Origin: Candidatus Falkowbacteria bacterium
GTDB taxonomy: Bacteria > Patescibacteriota > Patescibacteriia > JAACEG01
Direction of reading: 5' to 3'
Assembly (NCBI GenBank): GCA_018651725.1
Contig: JABIDK010000014.1
Span: 70,625 to 134,624 of the forward strand
Length of the DNA: 64,000 nt
A program made the position numbers and the translations under genes. Shown here piece by piece: positions 10,451 to 20,514 of the stretch (positions within the stretch are counted from its first letter, which is position 1; each line of letters opens with the position of its first letter). Under the pieces are notes generated by a model, which saw nothing but the letters and a program-made list of their open reading frames with translations, did not search any database and was not told the origin of the DNA.

Positions 10451-11428
10451 ATGAAACTTAGAGGGATTGATTTTGGTAATGTTTTTTCGGCTTCAGGCAC
10501 TTTGAATAATTTTGGTGAGGGGTGGGAACCATTTCACAGTTTGAAGAAAAAACTTTCAGGATTTGATTTTACAGGGTCTACTTTTATTTCAAAAACTACA
10601 ACAATCGATTCGCGGATGGGAGAAAAAGAGAAAGAACAAGGTAATTTGGAACTTAATCCGCAGACATTGCAACCAGTAAAGTTATTTCCCGATTGTATTA
10701 AGGTTAATTGGAGAAAAGGCGAAGTTTTAAACGCTGTTGGGTTAAGCGGACCTGGATTTGAGACTCTGCTTAGAACGGGGCGTTGGCAAGAAATTAAACA
10801 ACCATTCTTTATCTCTTATATGGCTACTCGAGCAACTAAAGAGGAGCGATTAAAAGAGGATGAAGAATTTGTAAGATTGCTTTTGGAAAATATTGAAGAT
10901 TTTAAAACTAAAATTGGAATCCAGTTAAATATTTCCTGTCCAAACATAAAAGGTGATTTAACTAGCTTTATACATGAAACAGATGATCGTTTAAAAGTTT
11001 TAGCTCGTCTAAATATTCCAATTAGCGTTAAGATTAATGTTTTGACTCCTATTGAAGCCGTTCAGAAAATTATTGATGGTGGAAATTGTGACGCAATTGA
11101 AATTCCTAATACTTTGCCGTATGGGGAGTATCCTAGTATAGTAAATTGGGAAAAAAAATTTGGACTTGAATCACCATTAAAAAAATATGGTGGCGGAGGA
11201 TATTCAGGAAGAGAAAATTTTTTTCTAGCAGTAAATTGGACTAATAGAGCTAGGCGAGCTGGAATCAGTATTCCGATTATATGCGGAGCAGTTTCTAATA
11301 AGAGCGAGGTAGAGTTAGCGCATAGTGTTGATGCCAGTGGAATCGCCTTTGCTCGTCTATCTATAGTGCGACCATCGCAAGTAAAGCCAATAATTGATTG
11401 CGGAAAGTATATTTTTCGTGACAGGTAG
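10451..11428 (+). CDS. pyrD: Dihydroorotate dehydrogenase-like protein (class 1)
   Basis: ASG, KTTT, NAVGLSGPG, LNISCPN (catalytic Cys), GGYSG motifs; adjacent to pyrC. Confidence 0.8.
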   Translation: MKLRGIDFGNVFSASGTLNNFGEGWEPFHSLKKKLSGFDFTGSTFISKTTTIDSRMGEKEKEQGNLELNPQTLQPVKLFPDCIKVNWRKGEVLNAVGLSGPGFETLLRTGRWQEIKQPFFISYMATRATKEERLKEDEEFVRLLLENIEDFKTKIGIQLNISCPNIKGDLTSFIHETDDRLKVLARLNIPISVKINVLTPIEAVQKIIDGGNCDAIEIPNTLPYGEYPSIVNWEKKFGLESPLKKYGGGGYSGRENFFLAVNWTNRARRAGISIPIICGAVSNKSEVELAHSVDASGIAFARLSIVRPSQVKPIIDCGKYIFRDR

Positions 11429-11438
11429 GAGGTAGATA

Positions 11439-12491
11439 ATGATAAAGACTTATAGAAAACCTTATAATATGCATATACATTTTCGGACAGGGCCAATGTT
11501 GATTAATGTTTTGCCTTTTACATCTATTGCTTTTCAAGGCGCAGTGCCTTTCGGTAATACTTTTGTAACAGAAGCAGATGACGTAGTTCGTTATAGAAGA
11601 GAGATTCTAGTTCATGCTCATAAAGGTTTCAACCCTATTATGTCTATCATGCTGGTAAACAAAACTACGCCTGAAATAGTTGAAGAATCTTTTTTGGCAG
11701 GTGCTCGAGTTTTAAAATGGATTCCTGGTGGAACATCCACTAATTCCAAAGACGGTGTCTCTCTCCTGGATATGAAAAAGTATTATCCGGTATTTGCTAA
11801 AGCTGAATCTTTGGGAATGATTGTTTCTGTTCACTGGGAAGCTATTTTGAATTTTGCCAGCGGAAAAGAAATCCCAATGTTATATCGAGAAGAGGCCGCA
11901 ATTCAATTTTTTGTTCAACTTGCAACTGATTTCCCAGGTTTGAAAATTGTTGCTGAACATATTACAACTAAAGAGATGGTTAAAACAGTTGAAATATTGT
12001 ATGGTATGGGTTGTAATGTAGCAGCCACTATTACCTCACATCATCCAGTGCTTACTTATAGTGATGTGTGTGATGCTGATGGTAATGTAATTAATCCTTT
12101 GAATTATTGTTTGCCAATTGCCAAGTTGGATCAAGATAGATTAGCTATCAGAAAGGCTATGGTAAGTGGAAAGCCATATAATTTTTATGGAGGAGACAGT
12201 GCTCCACATCCAATTTTTTGGAAGTCACTTAAGTTGTTAAAAGGGAAGAGTCCAAGGGCAGGAATTTTTTCTGCGCCTGTTGAAATACCGCAACAACTTG
12301 AAACTTTTGAAAAAGAGGGTGCATTGGACAAGTTTGAAGATTTTCATTCTGTATTTGGGCCACAATTTTATGGCATACCACTAAGCCAGGAGACTTTAAC
12401 CGTAAAAAAAGAAACCTGGCGCGTTCCTTATGAATACGAAGGTATTCCAATTTTTCGAGGGGGAGAAGAGTTAAGTTGGCAAATAGCCTAA
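11439..12491 (+). CDS. pyrC: Dihydroorotase (type II, E. coli PyrC-like)
   Basis: HIHFR, K..PGGTSTNS, VHWE, EHITT, YCLPIAK, GDSAPH motifs. Confidence 0.9.
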   Translation: MIKTYRKPYNMHIHFRTGPMLINVLPFTSIAFQGAVPFGNTFVTEADDVVRYRREILVHAHKGFNPIMSIMLVNKTTPEIVEESFLAGARVLKWIPGGTSTNSKDGVSLLDMKKYYPVFAKAESLGMIVSVHWEAILNFASGKEIPMLYREEAAIQFFVQLATDFPGLKIVAEHITTKEMVKTVEILYGMGCNVAATITSHHPVLTYSDVCDADGNVINPLNYCLPIAKLDQDRLAIRKAMVSGKPYNFYGGDSAPHPIFWKSLKLLKGKSPRAGIFSAPVEIPQQLETFEKEGALDKFEDFHSVFGPQFYGIPLSQETLTVKKETWRVPYEYEGIPIFRGGEELSWQIA

Positions 12492-12558
12492 TGAATTAAA
12501 AAACAAGATAAGATTAAAATATTTGATCCAAAAGGATTATATATACTTTTAGAATGTT

Positions 12559-12590
12559 AACCCCGCTGAGCAGAATTCAGTGGGGTTTTT
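12559..12590 (+). terminator. Rho-independent terminator after pyrC
   Basis: AACCCCGCTGA...TCAGTGGGGTTTTT. Confidence 0.75.
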
Positions 12591-12847
12591 AATTGCTACA
12601 ATAGTGAAGTAAAGGGAAAATATATGAAACCGATTGATTAGAGTCCGGACACTAGGGCAAACATAATAAATAAGTACACTTTTTAGTGTATTTTTTTGTT
12701 TATCAATTGTTTGAATAAATAATAAATTAAATAAAAAATGTTTTAGGCACATTACCCTATTTTTCTTGACTATTTTTTTATTTTATATATAATATAGATA
12801 ACTCTTAAATAGACCTGCAAAGGGTCTATTTTAAAATACAAAAATTT

Positions 12848-13051
12848 ATGATTATTACGAATAATAAATTAGTAAATTATGTTAAAGCGTCTTATTCTGA
12901 GATGCGGAAGGTTACTTGGCCAACTAAAGAAACAACCATTAAATTAACATGGGTTGTGGTTCTTATCAGTCTTTTTGTAGCTGCTTTTTTAGGTAGTTTA
13001 GATTTTGGTTTTTCTCAAGTAGTTAAAAAGATAATTTCTACTTTTAATTAA
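12848..13051 (+). CDS. secE: Preprotein translocase subunit SecE
   Basis: EMRKVTWP motif plus one TM helix; precedes nusG. Confidence 0.93.
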   Translation: MIITNNKLVNYVKASYSEMRKVTWPTKETTIKLTWVVVLISLFVAAFLGSLDFGFSQVVKKIISTFN

Positions 13052-13066
13052 TAAAAAAGCTAATAT

Positions 13067-13609
13067 ATGGCTAAACAAATTTCTCAAGGTAGACGTTGGT
13101 ATGTAATTCATACTTATTCCGGTTATGAAGAAAATGTTGCTTATAATTTAAGGCAGCGTATTGAATCTCTTGGCATGGAAGATAAGATTTTTAATATTTT
13201 AATTCCAACAGAAAAGAAAATAAAAATAAAAAACGGTAAAAGAAAAGTAATTACAGAAAAGATTTTCCCAGGTTATGTTTTAGTTGAAATGACCGTAACA
13301 GATGAATCTTGGTACGTTGTTAGAAACACTCCGAATGTGACTGGATTTATTGGTTCAGGAATTACACCGGTACCGATTTCACAGCAGGAAATTGAAGGCT
13401 TACAAAAAAGAATGGGAGTGGAAGAGCCAAAGTTCAAGATTGATTTTACTGCCGGAGCAGTTGTAAAAATTATAGACGGACCTTTTAAAGGTTTTGAAGG
13501 AAAAGTTTCAGAGATAGACGAAGACCGAGGAAAAATTAAAGTCATGGTATCGATGTTCGGGAGGGAGACCCCGGTAGAGTTAGATTCTCTGCAGGTTAAG
13601 AAAATATAA
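13067..13609 (+). CDS. nusG: Transcription elongation factor NusG
   Basis: WYVIHTYSGYE, FPGYVLV, KOW domain, FGRETPVEL. Confidence 0.97.
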   Translation: MAKQISQGRRWYVIHTYSGYEENVAYNLRQRIESLGMEDKIFNILIPTEKKIKIKNGKRKVITEKIFPGYVLVEMTVTDESWYVVRNTPNVTGFIGSGITPVPISQQEIEGLQKRMGVEEPKFKIDFTAGAVVKIIDGPFKGFEGKVSEIDEDRGKIKVMVSMFGRETPVELDSLQVKKI

Positions 13610-13631
13610 TTAAAATTAATCATTAAACAGT

Positions 13632-14057
13632 ATGGCTAAAAAAGTAAAAACAATTATTAAATTACAAATTCCAGCAGGGAAAGCTAATCCGGCTCCTCCG
13701 GTTGGTCCGGCCTTGGGTCAACACGGTTTGAATATTGCTGAGTTTTGTCAAAAGTTTAACGCTGCTACTCAGGATAGGGGCGGAGATGTTGTGCCTTGTG
13801 AAATTTCTGTTTATGAAGACAGGAGTTATGATTTTATTTTAAAAGTTTCTCCGGCTTCAGCTTTAATCAAAAAAGCGATTAATTTAAAAAAAGGATCAGG
13901 GAAACCTTTGACCGATAAAGTTGGGGAAATAACCAAAGCTCAATTAAAAGAAATCGCTGAAAAGAAAATGCCTGATTTGAATGCTAACGACATTGACGCA
14001 GCCATGAAAATTATGGCCGGAACCGCCAGACAAATGGGGGTAGAAGTTGTTGATTAA
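13632..14057 (+). CDS. rplK: 50S ribosomal protein L11
   Basis: [13 protein letters not shown] motif. Confidence 0.98.
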   Translation: MAKKVKTIIKLQIPAGKANPAPPVGPALGQHGLNIAEFCQKFNAATQDRGGDVVPCEISVYEDRSYDFILKVSPASALIKKAINLKKGSGKPLTDKVGEITKAQLKEIAEKKMPDLNANDIDAAMKIMAGTARQMGVEVVD

Positions 14058-14072
14058 AATTATTAATTAAAT

Positions 14073-14110
14073 TGTGGGAGGTGGATTTTATTTTCATCGT
14101 TAGTACCACG
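14073..14110 (+). promoter_or_regulatory. Ribosomal protein L1-binding leader (autogenous control element)
   Basis: GTGGGAG...ACCAC signature in the rplK-rplA intergenic region, matching the known L1 mRNA operator architecture. Confidence 0.65.
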
Positions 14111-14121
14111 AATAAAACATT

Positions 14122-14802
14122 ATGAAAAAAGAAAAAAAAGAAGTAAAAGCTACAACAGTAGTCGACAAAAATAAAGCCTACCCTATTGAGGAGGCTGTAA
14201 AATTAACCAAAGAACTTTCAAAAACAAAATTTGATTCTTCAATTGAAATTCATCTTCGTTTAGGGATTGATGTTAAAAAAGGTGATCAACAGGTCCGGGG
14301 AACAGTAGTGTTACCACACACCGTGAGCAAGCCAAAAAAGATTATTGCTTTTGTGGATGCAAGTAAAGAAAAAGAAGCCAAAGATGCCGGAGCGGATATT
14401 GTTGGGACAGAAGAAGAGATTCAAAAAATAAAACAAACTAAAAAAATAAATTTTGATATCGCGATTGCTACTCCGGATATGATGAAAAAATTAGCTCCGA
14501 TTGCAAAAGTTTTAGGACCAAAAGGAATTATGCCTTCTCCTAAAAATGAAACTATTACCACTGACTTGAAAAAAACCATTGGTGAGTTAAAGAAAGGAAA
14601 GGTTGCTTTTAAAAATGATGATACCGCTAATATTCATCAAATAGTCGGAAAAATTTCTCTTGACGATAAAAATATTTTAGAAAATTATCAAGTATTTTTA
14701 ACGGCGATAAATAAAGCTAAGCCCTCCGGAGCAAAAGGAATTTATATTAAAAATATTTCCATGTGCTCAACAATGGGGCCTGGAATAAAAATTGAGTTAT
14801 AA
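14122..14802 (+). CDS. rplA: 50S ribosomal protein L1
   Basis: KFDSSIE, RGTVVLPH, LGPKGIMP, STMGPG. Confidence 0.97.
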   Translation: MKKEKKEVKATTVVDKNKAYPIEEAVKLTKELSKTKFDSSIEIHLRLGIDVKKGDQQVRGTVVLPHTVSKPKKIIAFVDASKEKEAKDAGADIVGTEEEIQKIKQTKKINFDIAIATPDMMKKLAPIAKVLGPKGIMPSPKNETITTDLKKTIGELKKGKVAFKNDDTANIHQIVGKISLDDKNILENYQVFLTAINKAKPSGAKGIYIKNISMCSTMGPGIKIEL

Positions 14803-14874
14803 TACTTTAATACGTTTGTTTGGTAGATTTTATTTTCTAAAAATAAATTTTACTCAGCACCCTGTGAATAATTT

Positions 14875-15228
14875 ATGTTAAATGCTAAAAAAAAGGAAAA
14901 AGTTATTAAGGAGTTTCAACTCCACAAAGGAGATACCGGTTCGTCTGAAGTTCAAATCGCTATTTTAACCAAAGAAATTGAAGAACTGGCAAAACATTTG
15001 AAAAAACATTACCATGATTTTTCTTCTCGAAGAGGACTTCTTAAAAAAATTTCGCAAAGAAAGAAATTAATAAAATATTTAATGAAAGAAAACGCTGACA
15101 GCTTGTTTAAATTGGCTAAAAAGTTAAAGTTAAAAATCGCTAAAAAAATAGAAGAACAACGAGCCATTGAAGCAGAGGAAAAAGCTATTTTAGAAGAAAA
15201 GGCTAAGAAAGAAAATAATAAAAAATAA
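14875..15228 (+). CDS. rpsO: 30S ribosomal protein S15 with charged C-terminal extension
   Basis: DTGSSEVQIAILT, HDFSSRRGL. Confidence 0.96.
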   Translation: MLNAKKKEKVIKEFQLHKGDTGSSEVQIAILTKEIEELAKHLKKHYHDFSSRRGLLKKISQRKKLIKYLMKENADSLFKLAKKLKLKIAKKIEEQRAIEAEEKAILEEKAKKENNKK

Positions 15229-15235
15229 AATTATA

Positions 15236-15267
15236 TTCAAGAGACGCGATAAATCGCGTCTCTTGAA
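15236..15267. repeat. Perfect 15-bp inverted repeat after rpsO (REP-like core)
   Basis: TTCAAGAGACGCGAT-AA-ATCGCGTCTCTTGAA. Confidence 0.8.
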
Positions 15268-15277
15268 AGTTTAAACA

Positions 15278-15506
15278 ACTTGGTCTATAGATAAATAGCA
15301 CTGTGAAATATATTTTTCATAGTTCTGTAATTCCATAGATTTGTTACATAATAAGCTATGTAACGAAATTTCCAGATTTTGAGGAAATTTCTATGTAAAA
15401 TTTTTTGCTTATGCCTTAGCATAGGCCAAAAATTTTACAGAGAAATTTACCAAAATATGGGGATTGCAGTAGTAGTTTATTATTTAATAAATCTACCAGA
15501 CCAAGT
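15278..15506 (+). ncRNA. Large structured 5' leader of pnp (candidate cis-regulatory RNA)
   Basis: Nested complementary arms: ACTTGGTCT(15278-86)/AGACCAAGT(15498-506) enclose several internal hairpins, incl. a long 15372-15460 stem. Confidence 0.6.
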
Positions 15507-15514
15507 CAAAATTT

Positions 15515-17749
15515 ATGAGAAAAATGAATGGTGAACAATCGTTTACCACCAAATGGCTTGGTCGAGATCTTACCTTTAAAACAGGTAAATTGGCCAAACA
15601 TGCAAATTCAGCCGTAACTGTACAGTACGGCGAAACAGTTGTTCTAGCAACAGTTGTAGAGTCAAAAGAAGAAAAAGATATAGACTGGTTTCCTTTGATG
15701 GTAAGTATTGAGGAGCGTCTTTATGCTGCCGGAATTATTAAAGGATCTCGTTGGATAAAACGCGAAGGTCGTCCAACCGACGAAGCTGTTTTAGCCGGTA
15801 GAATGATCGATCGATCTATTCGCCCGTTGTTTTCAGGGGAGTCAAGAAAAGATGTTCAAGTTATGTTAACTGTTTTGTCGGTTGACAAAGAGAACGATCA
15901 CGACATCGTTGGCCTTGTTGCTGCTTCTGCGGCTTTGGCTATTTCCGGTGTTGATTGGGATGGACCGATTGGCGGAATTCGTGTTGGTAAAATTGAAGAT
16001 AAATTTGTTTTTAACCCTACCTATGAAGAGCGCGAAAAAAGCAATTTGGATTTAATCGTAGTTGGAACAGAGCAGAAGACAATTATGATTGAGGCCGGAG
16101 CAAAAGAGGCTAAAGAACAAGAAATATTTGAGGCAATTAAAGCCGGGCAAAAAGAATTGCAAGGCGCTGTGGAATTAATTAAAGAAATGAAAAATAAAAT
16201 TGTTGTGGACGAAGATAAGAAAGTAGAAGAAAAATTAAGCGAAGCAGAAATCGAAGCTAGAGAAGAAAAAACAAAACTTATTAACATTGCCAACGAGTGG
16301 TTAAAAGAAAATGTTAATAAAATATTATTTAATAAAGAACACTATAAAACAAAGAAAGAACGCAAAGCTTCAGTTACGGCAATTAAGACTGGTTTGAATG
16401 ATTATTTATTTGATAAAGGAATTGAAAAAAATGACCGTACATTTGCTATTAAAAAAACAGTTGAAAAGGCAATCGATGGCGAGGTTACAAGAGAAATAGT
16501 AGACAACGAAAGAAGAGTTGACGGAAGAGGGTTAACAGAGATCAGAGGATTGGAGGCCGATGTTGAGATTTTGCCAAGAAATCACGGAGCTGGACTTTTC
16601 TCCAGAGGAGAAACACAGGTAATGTCTATTGTTACTTTAGGACCTCCGGGGTTGGAACAACTTTTAGAAGGAATTGAAGGAACAGGCACTAAGAGATTTA
16701 TGCATCACTATAATTTTCCTCCGTTTAGCGTTGGTGAAGCAAGACCTGTTTTTGGCCCAAGTCGAAGAGATATCGGTCATGGCGCTTTAGCTGAAAAAGC
16801 TTTGGAACAAGTTATTCCTTCTAAAGAAGATTTCCCATATATTATTAGAATAGTTAGTGAAACTCTTGGTTCAAACGGATCATCTTCAATGGCATCAACT
16901 TGTGCCGCTACCCTAGCTTTGATGGACGCTGGAGTACCAATCAAAAAACCAGTCGCTGGAATTGCAATTGGTTTGGCATCAAATGATGATATGAGTAAGT
17001 GGAAAGTTTTAACAGACATTCAAGATTTGGAAGACGGTAAAGGTGGAATGGACTTTAAAGTCACCGGAACCAGCGAAGGTATTACCGCTATTCAACTTGA
17101 TACAAAAACAAACGGCTTAACCGAAGAAATTATTGCTCAAGCCTTAAAGCAAGGTCGTGAAGCAATTAATCAAATTTTGAATGTGATAAATGAATCAATC
17201 GCAGCACCAAGAGAAGAGCTTTCAAAATATGCGCCACGAGTTATTACTTTGAATATTAATCCCGAAAGAATTAGAGATGTTATCGGGCCGGGTGGAAAAA
17301 TTATCAACAAAATTATTGACGAAACAGGAGTATCTATTGATATCGAAGACGACGGAAGCGTGTTTATTGCATCTGCTGAAGCCGAAGGATTAGAAAGAGC
17401 TGTGCAGTGGGTGAAAGATTTGACTCACGAAGTGGAAGCCGGAGAAGTCTATGAAGGAAAAGTTGTACGAATTATGGACTTCGGTGCTTTTGTAGAAATT
17501 TTACCAGGCAAAGATGGTTTAGTTCATATCTCTGAACTGGCTCACGCCAGAACTGAAAAAGTTGAAGATGTTGTAAAAATTGGAGATGTTATCTCCGTGA
17601 AAGTAATCGAGATCGATAAAATGGGAAGAATTAATTTGTCATTTAAAGCTACACAACCAATGCCGGACGGTCCAATAAGTAAAGATTTTAATAGTAGAAA
17701 AAAAGATGACAAACCAGGTGGATTTTTCAAAAGAAAACCAAGGAGATAG
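15515..17749 (+). CDS. pnp: Polyribonucleotide nucleotidyltransferase (PNPase)
   Basis: RRVDGR, SNGSSSMA, GMDFKV, KH (IGPGGK) and S1 domains; follows rpsO. Confidence 0.97.
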   Translation: MRKMNGEQSFTTKWLGRDLTFKTGKLAKHANSAVTVQYGETVVLATVVESKEEKDIDWFPLMVSIEERLYAAGIIKGSRWIKREGRPTDEAVLAGRMIDRSIRPLFSGESRKDVQVMLTVLSVDKENDHDIVGLVAASAALAISGVDWDGPIGGIRVGKIEDKFVFNPTYEEREKSNLDLIVVGTEQKTIMIEAGAKEAKEQEIFEAIKAGQKELQGAVELIKEMKNKIVVDEDKKVEEKLSEAEIEAREEKTKLINIANEWLKENVNKILFNKEHYKTKKERKASVTAIKTGLNDYLFDKGIEKNDRTFAIKKTVEKAIDGEVTREIVDNERRVDGRGLTEIRGLEADVEILPRNHGAGLFSRGETQVMSIVTLGPPGLEQLLEGIEGTGTKRFMHHYNFPPFSVGEARPVFGPSRRDIGHGALAEKALEQVIPSKEDFPYIIRIVSETLGSNGSSSMASTCAATLALMDAGVPIKKPVAGIAIGLASNDDMSKWKVLTDIQDLEDGKGGMDFKVTGTSEGITAIQLDTKTNGLTEEIIAQALKQGREAINQILNVINESIAAPREELSKYAPRVITLNINPERIRDVIGPGGKIINKIIDETGVSIDIEDDGSVFIASAEAEGLERAVQWVKDLTHEVEAGEVYEGKVVRIMDFGAFVEILPGKDGLVHISELAHARTEKVEDVVKIGDVISVKVIEIDKMGRINLSFKATQPMPDGPISKDFNSRKKDDKPGGFFKRKPRR

Positions 17750-17755
17750 TAAACT

Positions 17756-18661
17756 ATGTTTTTAATTTTTAAAAACATTACTAAAGCAATCAACAAAAAA
17801 CCTCTTCTGCAAAAAGTTGCAAGAGGTTTTTTGGTTTTAGTTATTTTAATTTTTGTTTGGTGGATTTTTGGATTAGAGTTTAAGGATCAGACAGTTATAA
17901 AAATTAAAAATAATACACATTTGTCGTCTTGGGAAAAAGCAAAAATATTTTTTTACAAACCATTTTACAATAAAGCCTCTGTCATTCCTGTAAAGACAGG
18001 AATTCAAAAGAATATTACAATAAATAATATTAACTTAAAAGATTTGTTATTAGCATATGAAAATTTAACTAAAAATTCTTTTGTTTCAATTTTAGGTTTA
18101 GATAGTTTAACAAATAATTTTTCAAAAGAACAAGAAGAAGGTATTTTAGAAATTTTAAATGGACAAGCAAGCGTAGTTATAAATACGAAAGACGGAAATT
18201 ATTATGGAAAAATAAAATTAGCTAATACTAAAAACATTGAAACTAAACTTAATAATTTTGAAAAAGCGATTACGCGATCCCTGGCTATTTTATCACCGGA
18301 AAGTAAAAAAGTAATTTTGCCTGACAGCACTTATATTTATGAGTTAGTGATGAATCAGGAAAAATTTTCTTTTGAAGACAAAGAAATAGACAATAAAAAT
18401 GCAAGATATATAAAAGAAGATAGTTTTAATTTCGAGTTTATATATTATATAGAAGACGACACAATATTTTTCTCTAATTTATTTGATGAGTTAATACAAG
18501 AAGATAACAATAAAGAAGAGTCGTTCGTTACGATCCCAATGAAGTTTTTAGATAATTTTGATTTTGTCCAAGAAATTTTAGGTGAGAATAAAGAAAAATA
18601 TAATATAGTTGTTTTAACGGAAAATAAAAAATTAAAAGAAACAGTTTTGATTTTTAGATAA
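17756..18661 (+). CDS. Hypothetical membrane-anchored protein (start uncertain, possibly TTG 17831)
   Basis: 301-aa ORF, one TM segment; its first codons overlap a terminator-like hairpin. Confidence 0.55.
   Translation: MFLIFKNITKAINKKPLLQKVARGFLVLVILIFVWWIFGLEFKDQTVIKIKNNTHLSSWEKAKIFFYKPFYNKASVIPVKTGIQKNITINNINLKDLLLAYENLTKNSFVSILGLDSLTNNFSKEQEEGILEILNGQASVVINTKDGNYYGKIKLANTKNIETKLNNFEKAITRSLAILSPESKKVILPDSTYIYELVMNQEKFSFEDKEIDNKNARYIKEDSFNFEFIYYIEDDTIFFSNLFDELIQEDNNKEESFVTIPMKFLDNFDFVQEILGENKEKYNIVVLTENKKLKETVLIFR
17795..17832 (+). terminator. Probable pnp terminator
   Basis: AAAAAACCTCTTCTGC-AAAAAGTT-GCAAGAGGTTTTTT. Confidence 0.6.
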
Positions 18662-18739
18662 TGTTGTCTTGGCAACTTTTGTTAATATGATAAACTGTAA
18701 GTAAGAGCAAAATATATTTGCAGTTCACAAGATTTAATC

Positions 18740-20491
18740 ATGTTTAAAACAAACTCTAAAATTGAAGATAAATTTACAAACCTTGTTGTCAAGGAGATTT
18801 TTGGGTTGCTTGGGAAAGTTTTAGATAAAAAAGATTTGAAAAATTTGGAAATTGTTTACTCTCCGGAGCCGGAGATGGGGGATTTTAGTTTGCCTTGTTT
18901 TACTTTGGCAAAAACAGAGAAAAAGTCTCCGGTACAAGTTGCTAAAGATTTGGCAGGGAAAATAAAACTAAAAAAAACCGGGATTATTAAAAAAGTAAAA
19001 AACGATGGCCCTTATTTAAATTTTTTCGTTAATGATGTTAAAAGAGCTGAAATTGTTTTGACTGATATTTTTAAGAAAAAAAATAAATTAGGCGAAAATA
19101 ATTTTGGCAAGGGTAAAACCGTAATGATTGAATATGTTTCACCAAACACTAATAAACCTCTTCATCTTGGACACGGCCGGAATGCTTTTTTAGGGTTTGC
19201 TCTTTCTAATATTTTGGAGGCTAATGATTACAAGGTAGTTAAAGTTTGTTTAGTTAACGACCGAGGAATACATATTGCCAAATCAATGCTTGCTTATCAA
19301 GAAAAAGGCAAGAACGTAATTCCTGAAGATATTGGAATGAAAGGGGATCATTTTGTTGGCGATTATTATGTTTTGTTTGATGATATGAAAAAGAAGAATA
19401 AAAAAGTAGAAGATGAAGCTTATGAATTACTTAGAAAATGGGAGAAAGGAGACAAAAAAACAGTTGAACTTTGGAAGAAAATGAACAACTGGGCGCTAGT
19501 CGGGATGAAAAAGACCTTTAAAAAAATTGGAATTGAATTTGATAAGCTTTATTTTGAAAGTGATATGTATAAGGAAGGTAAAGATATTATTGAAAAAGGT
19601 TTAAAAGAAAAAAAGTTTGTTAAAAAAGATAAAGCTGTTACAGCCGATTTAAGTAAGTATAATTTGCCGGATAAAATTTTACTTCGTAGCGATAACACAG
19701 CTTTGTATATTACTCAGGATATTTATTTAACTTATTTAAAATATAAAGATTACAAGCCAGAAAAAATAATTCATATTATCGGCTCTGAACAAGACTTGGC
19801 ACAAAAACAACTTTTTGCCATAATGGATAGCTTAGATTTTAAACAAGCAAAAAATTTGCACCACTTAAGTTATGGAATGGTTAATGTTGAAGGAGGAAAA
19901 TTAAAATCCCGAGAAGGTACTAGAGTTGATCTTGATACTTTAATAAAAGATTTAGGTAAAATGGCAAGTTTGGAGATCAGAGCCAGGAATGAAAAATTAA
20001 ACGAAGAAAAATTGGAAAGAAGAAGTGAAAAAATCGCTCTTAGCGCACTTAAATATTATATTCTACAATACGGACCAAAATCAATTGTGAATTTTAATCC
20101 CAAAGAGTCTTTATCTTTTAATGGAAAAACCGGGCCATATTTACAATACTCTTATGCTCGGATAAAAAGTATTTTGAAAAAGTCAGGAGAAAAAATTGAC
20201 AAAAAAGTTGATTTTTCAAAATTAAAAAATAAAGAAGAAAAAGAACTCTTAAACTTACTAGGCAGATTTTCTGAAACTATTAAAGAGTCTGGAGAAAAAT
20301 ATGACCCTTCAGTTTTGGCAAAATATTTATATGAACTCGCTAAAGCTTTTCACGGTTTTTATCACTCTTCTCCGGTCTTGGATACAGACAAAAAAACAAA
20401 ACAAGCCCGCTTGCTTTTAATCCACTCTACTGCCGAAGTTATCAAAAAAGGACTGAATTTATTAGGAATTGAAGTGTTAGAGGAAATGTAA
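18740..20491 (+). CDS. argS: Arginine--tRNA ligase
   Basis: SPNTNKPLHLGH (HIGH), KLKSREG, GPYLQYSYAR, LGIEVLEEM terminus. Confidence 0.96.
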   Translation: MFKTNSKIEDKFTNLVVKEIFGLLGKVLDKKDLKNLEIVYSPEPEMGDFSLPCFTLAKTEKKSPVQVAKDLAGKIKLKKTGIIKKVKNDGPYLNFFVNDVKRAEIVLTDIFKKKNKLGENNFGKGKTVMIEYVSPNTNKPLHLGHGRNAFLGFALSNILEANDYKVVKVCLVNDRGIHIAKSMLAYQEKGKNVIPEDIGMKGDHFVGDYYVLFDDMKKKNKKVEDEAYELLRKWEKGDKKTVELWKKMNNWALVGMKKTFKKIGIEFDKLYFESDMYKEGKDIIEKGLKEKKFVKKDKAVTADLSKYNLPDKILLRSDNTALYITQDIYLTYLKYKDYKPEKIIHIIGSEQDLAQKQLFAIMDSLDFKQAKNLHHLSYGMVNVEGGKLKSREGTRVDLDTLIKDLGKMASLEIRARNEKLNEEKLERRSEKIALSALKYYILQYGPKSIVNFNPKESLSFNGKTGPYLQYSYARIKSILKKSGEKIDKKVDFSKLKNKEEKELLNLLGRFSETIKESGEKYDPSVLAKYLYELAKAFHGFYHSSPVLDTDKKTKQARLLLIHSTAEVIKKGLNLLGIEVLEEM

Positions 20492-20514
20492 TTTTAGCTT
20501 ATAGCTTTTAGGTT

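Noticed and set aside
12597-12760. Possible tRNA, rpmG or small RNA upstream of secE
   Set aside because: No cloverleaf, T-loop or L33 ORF found; only a weak hairpin (AAGTACAC/GTGTATTT), insufficient to call.
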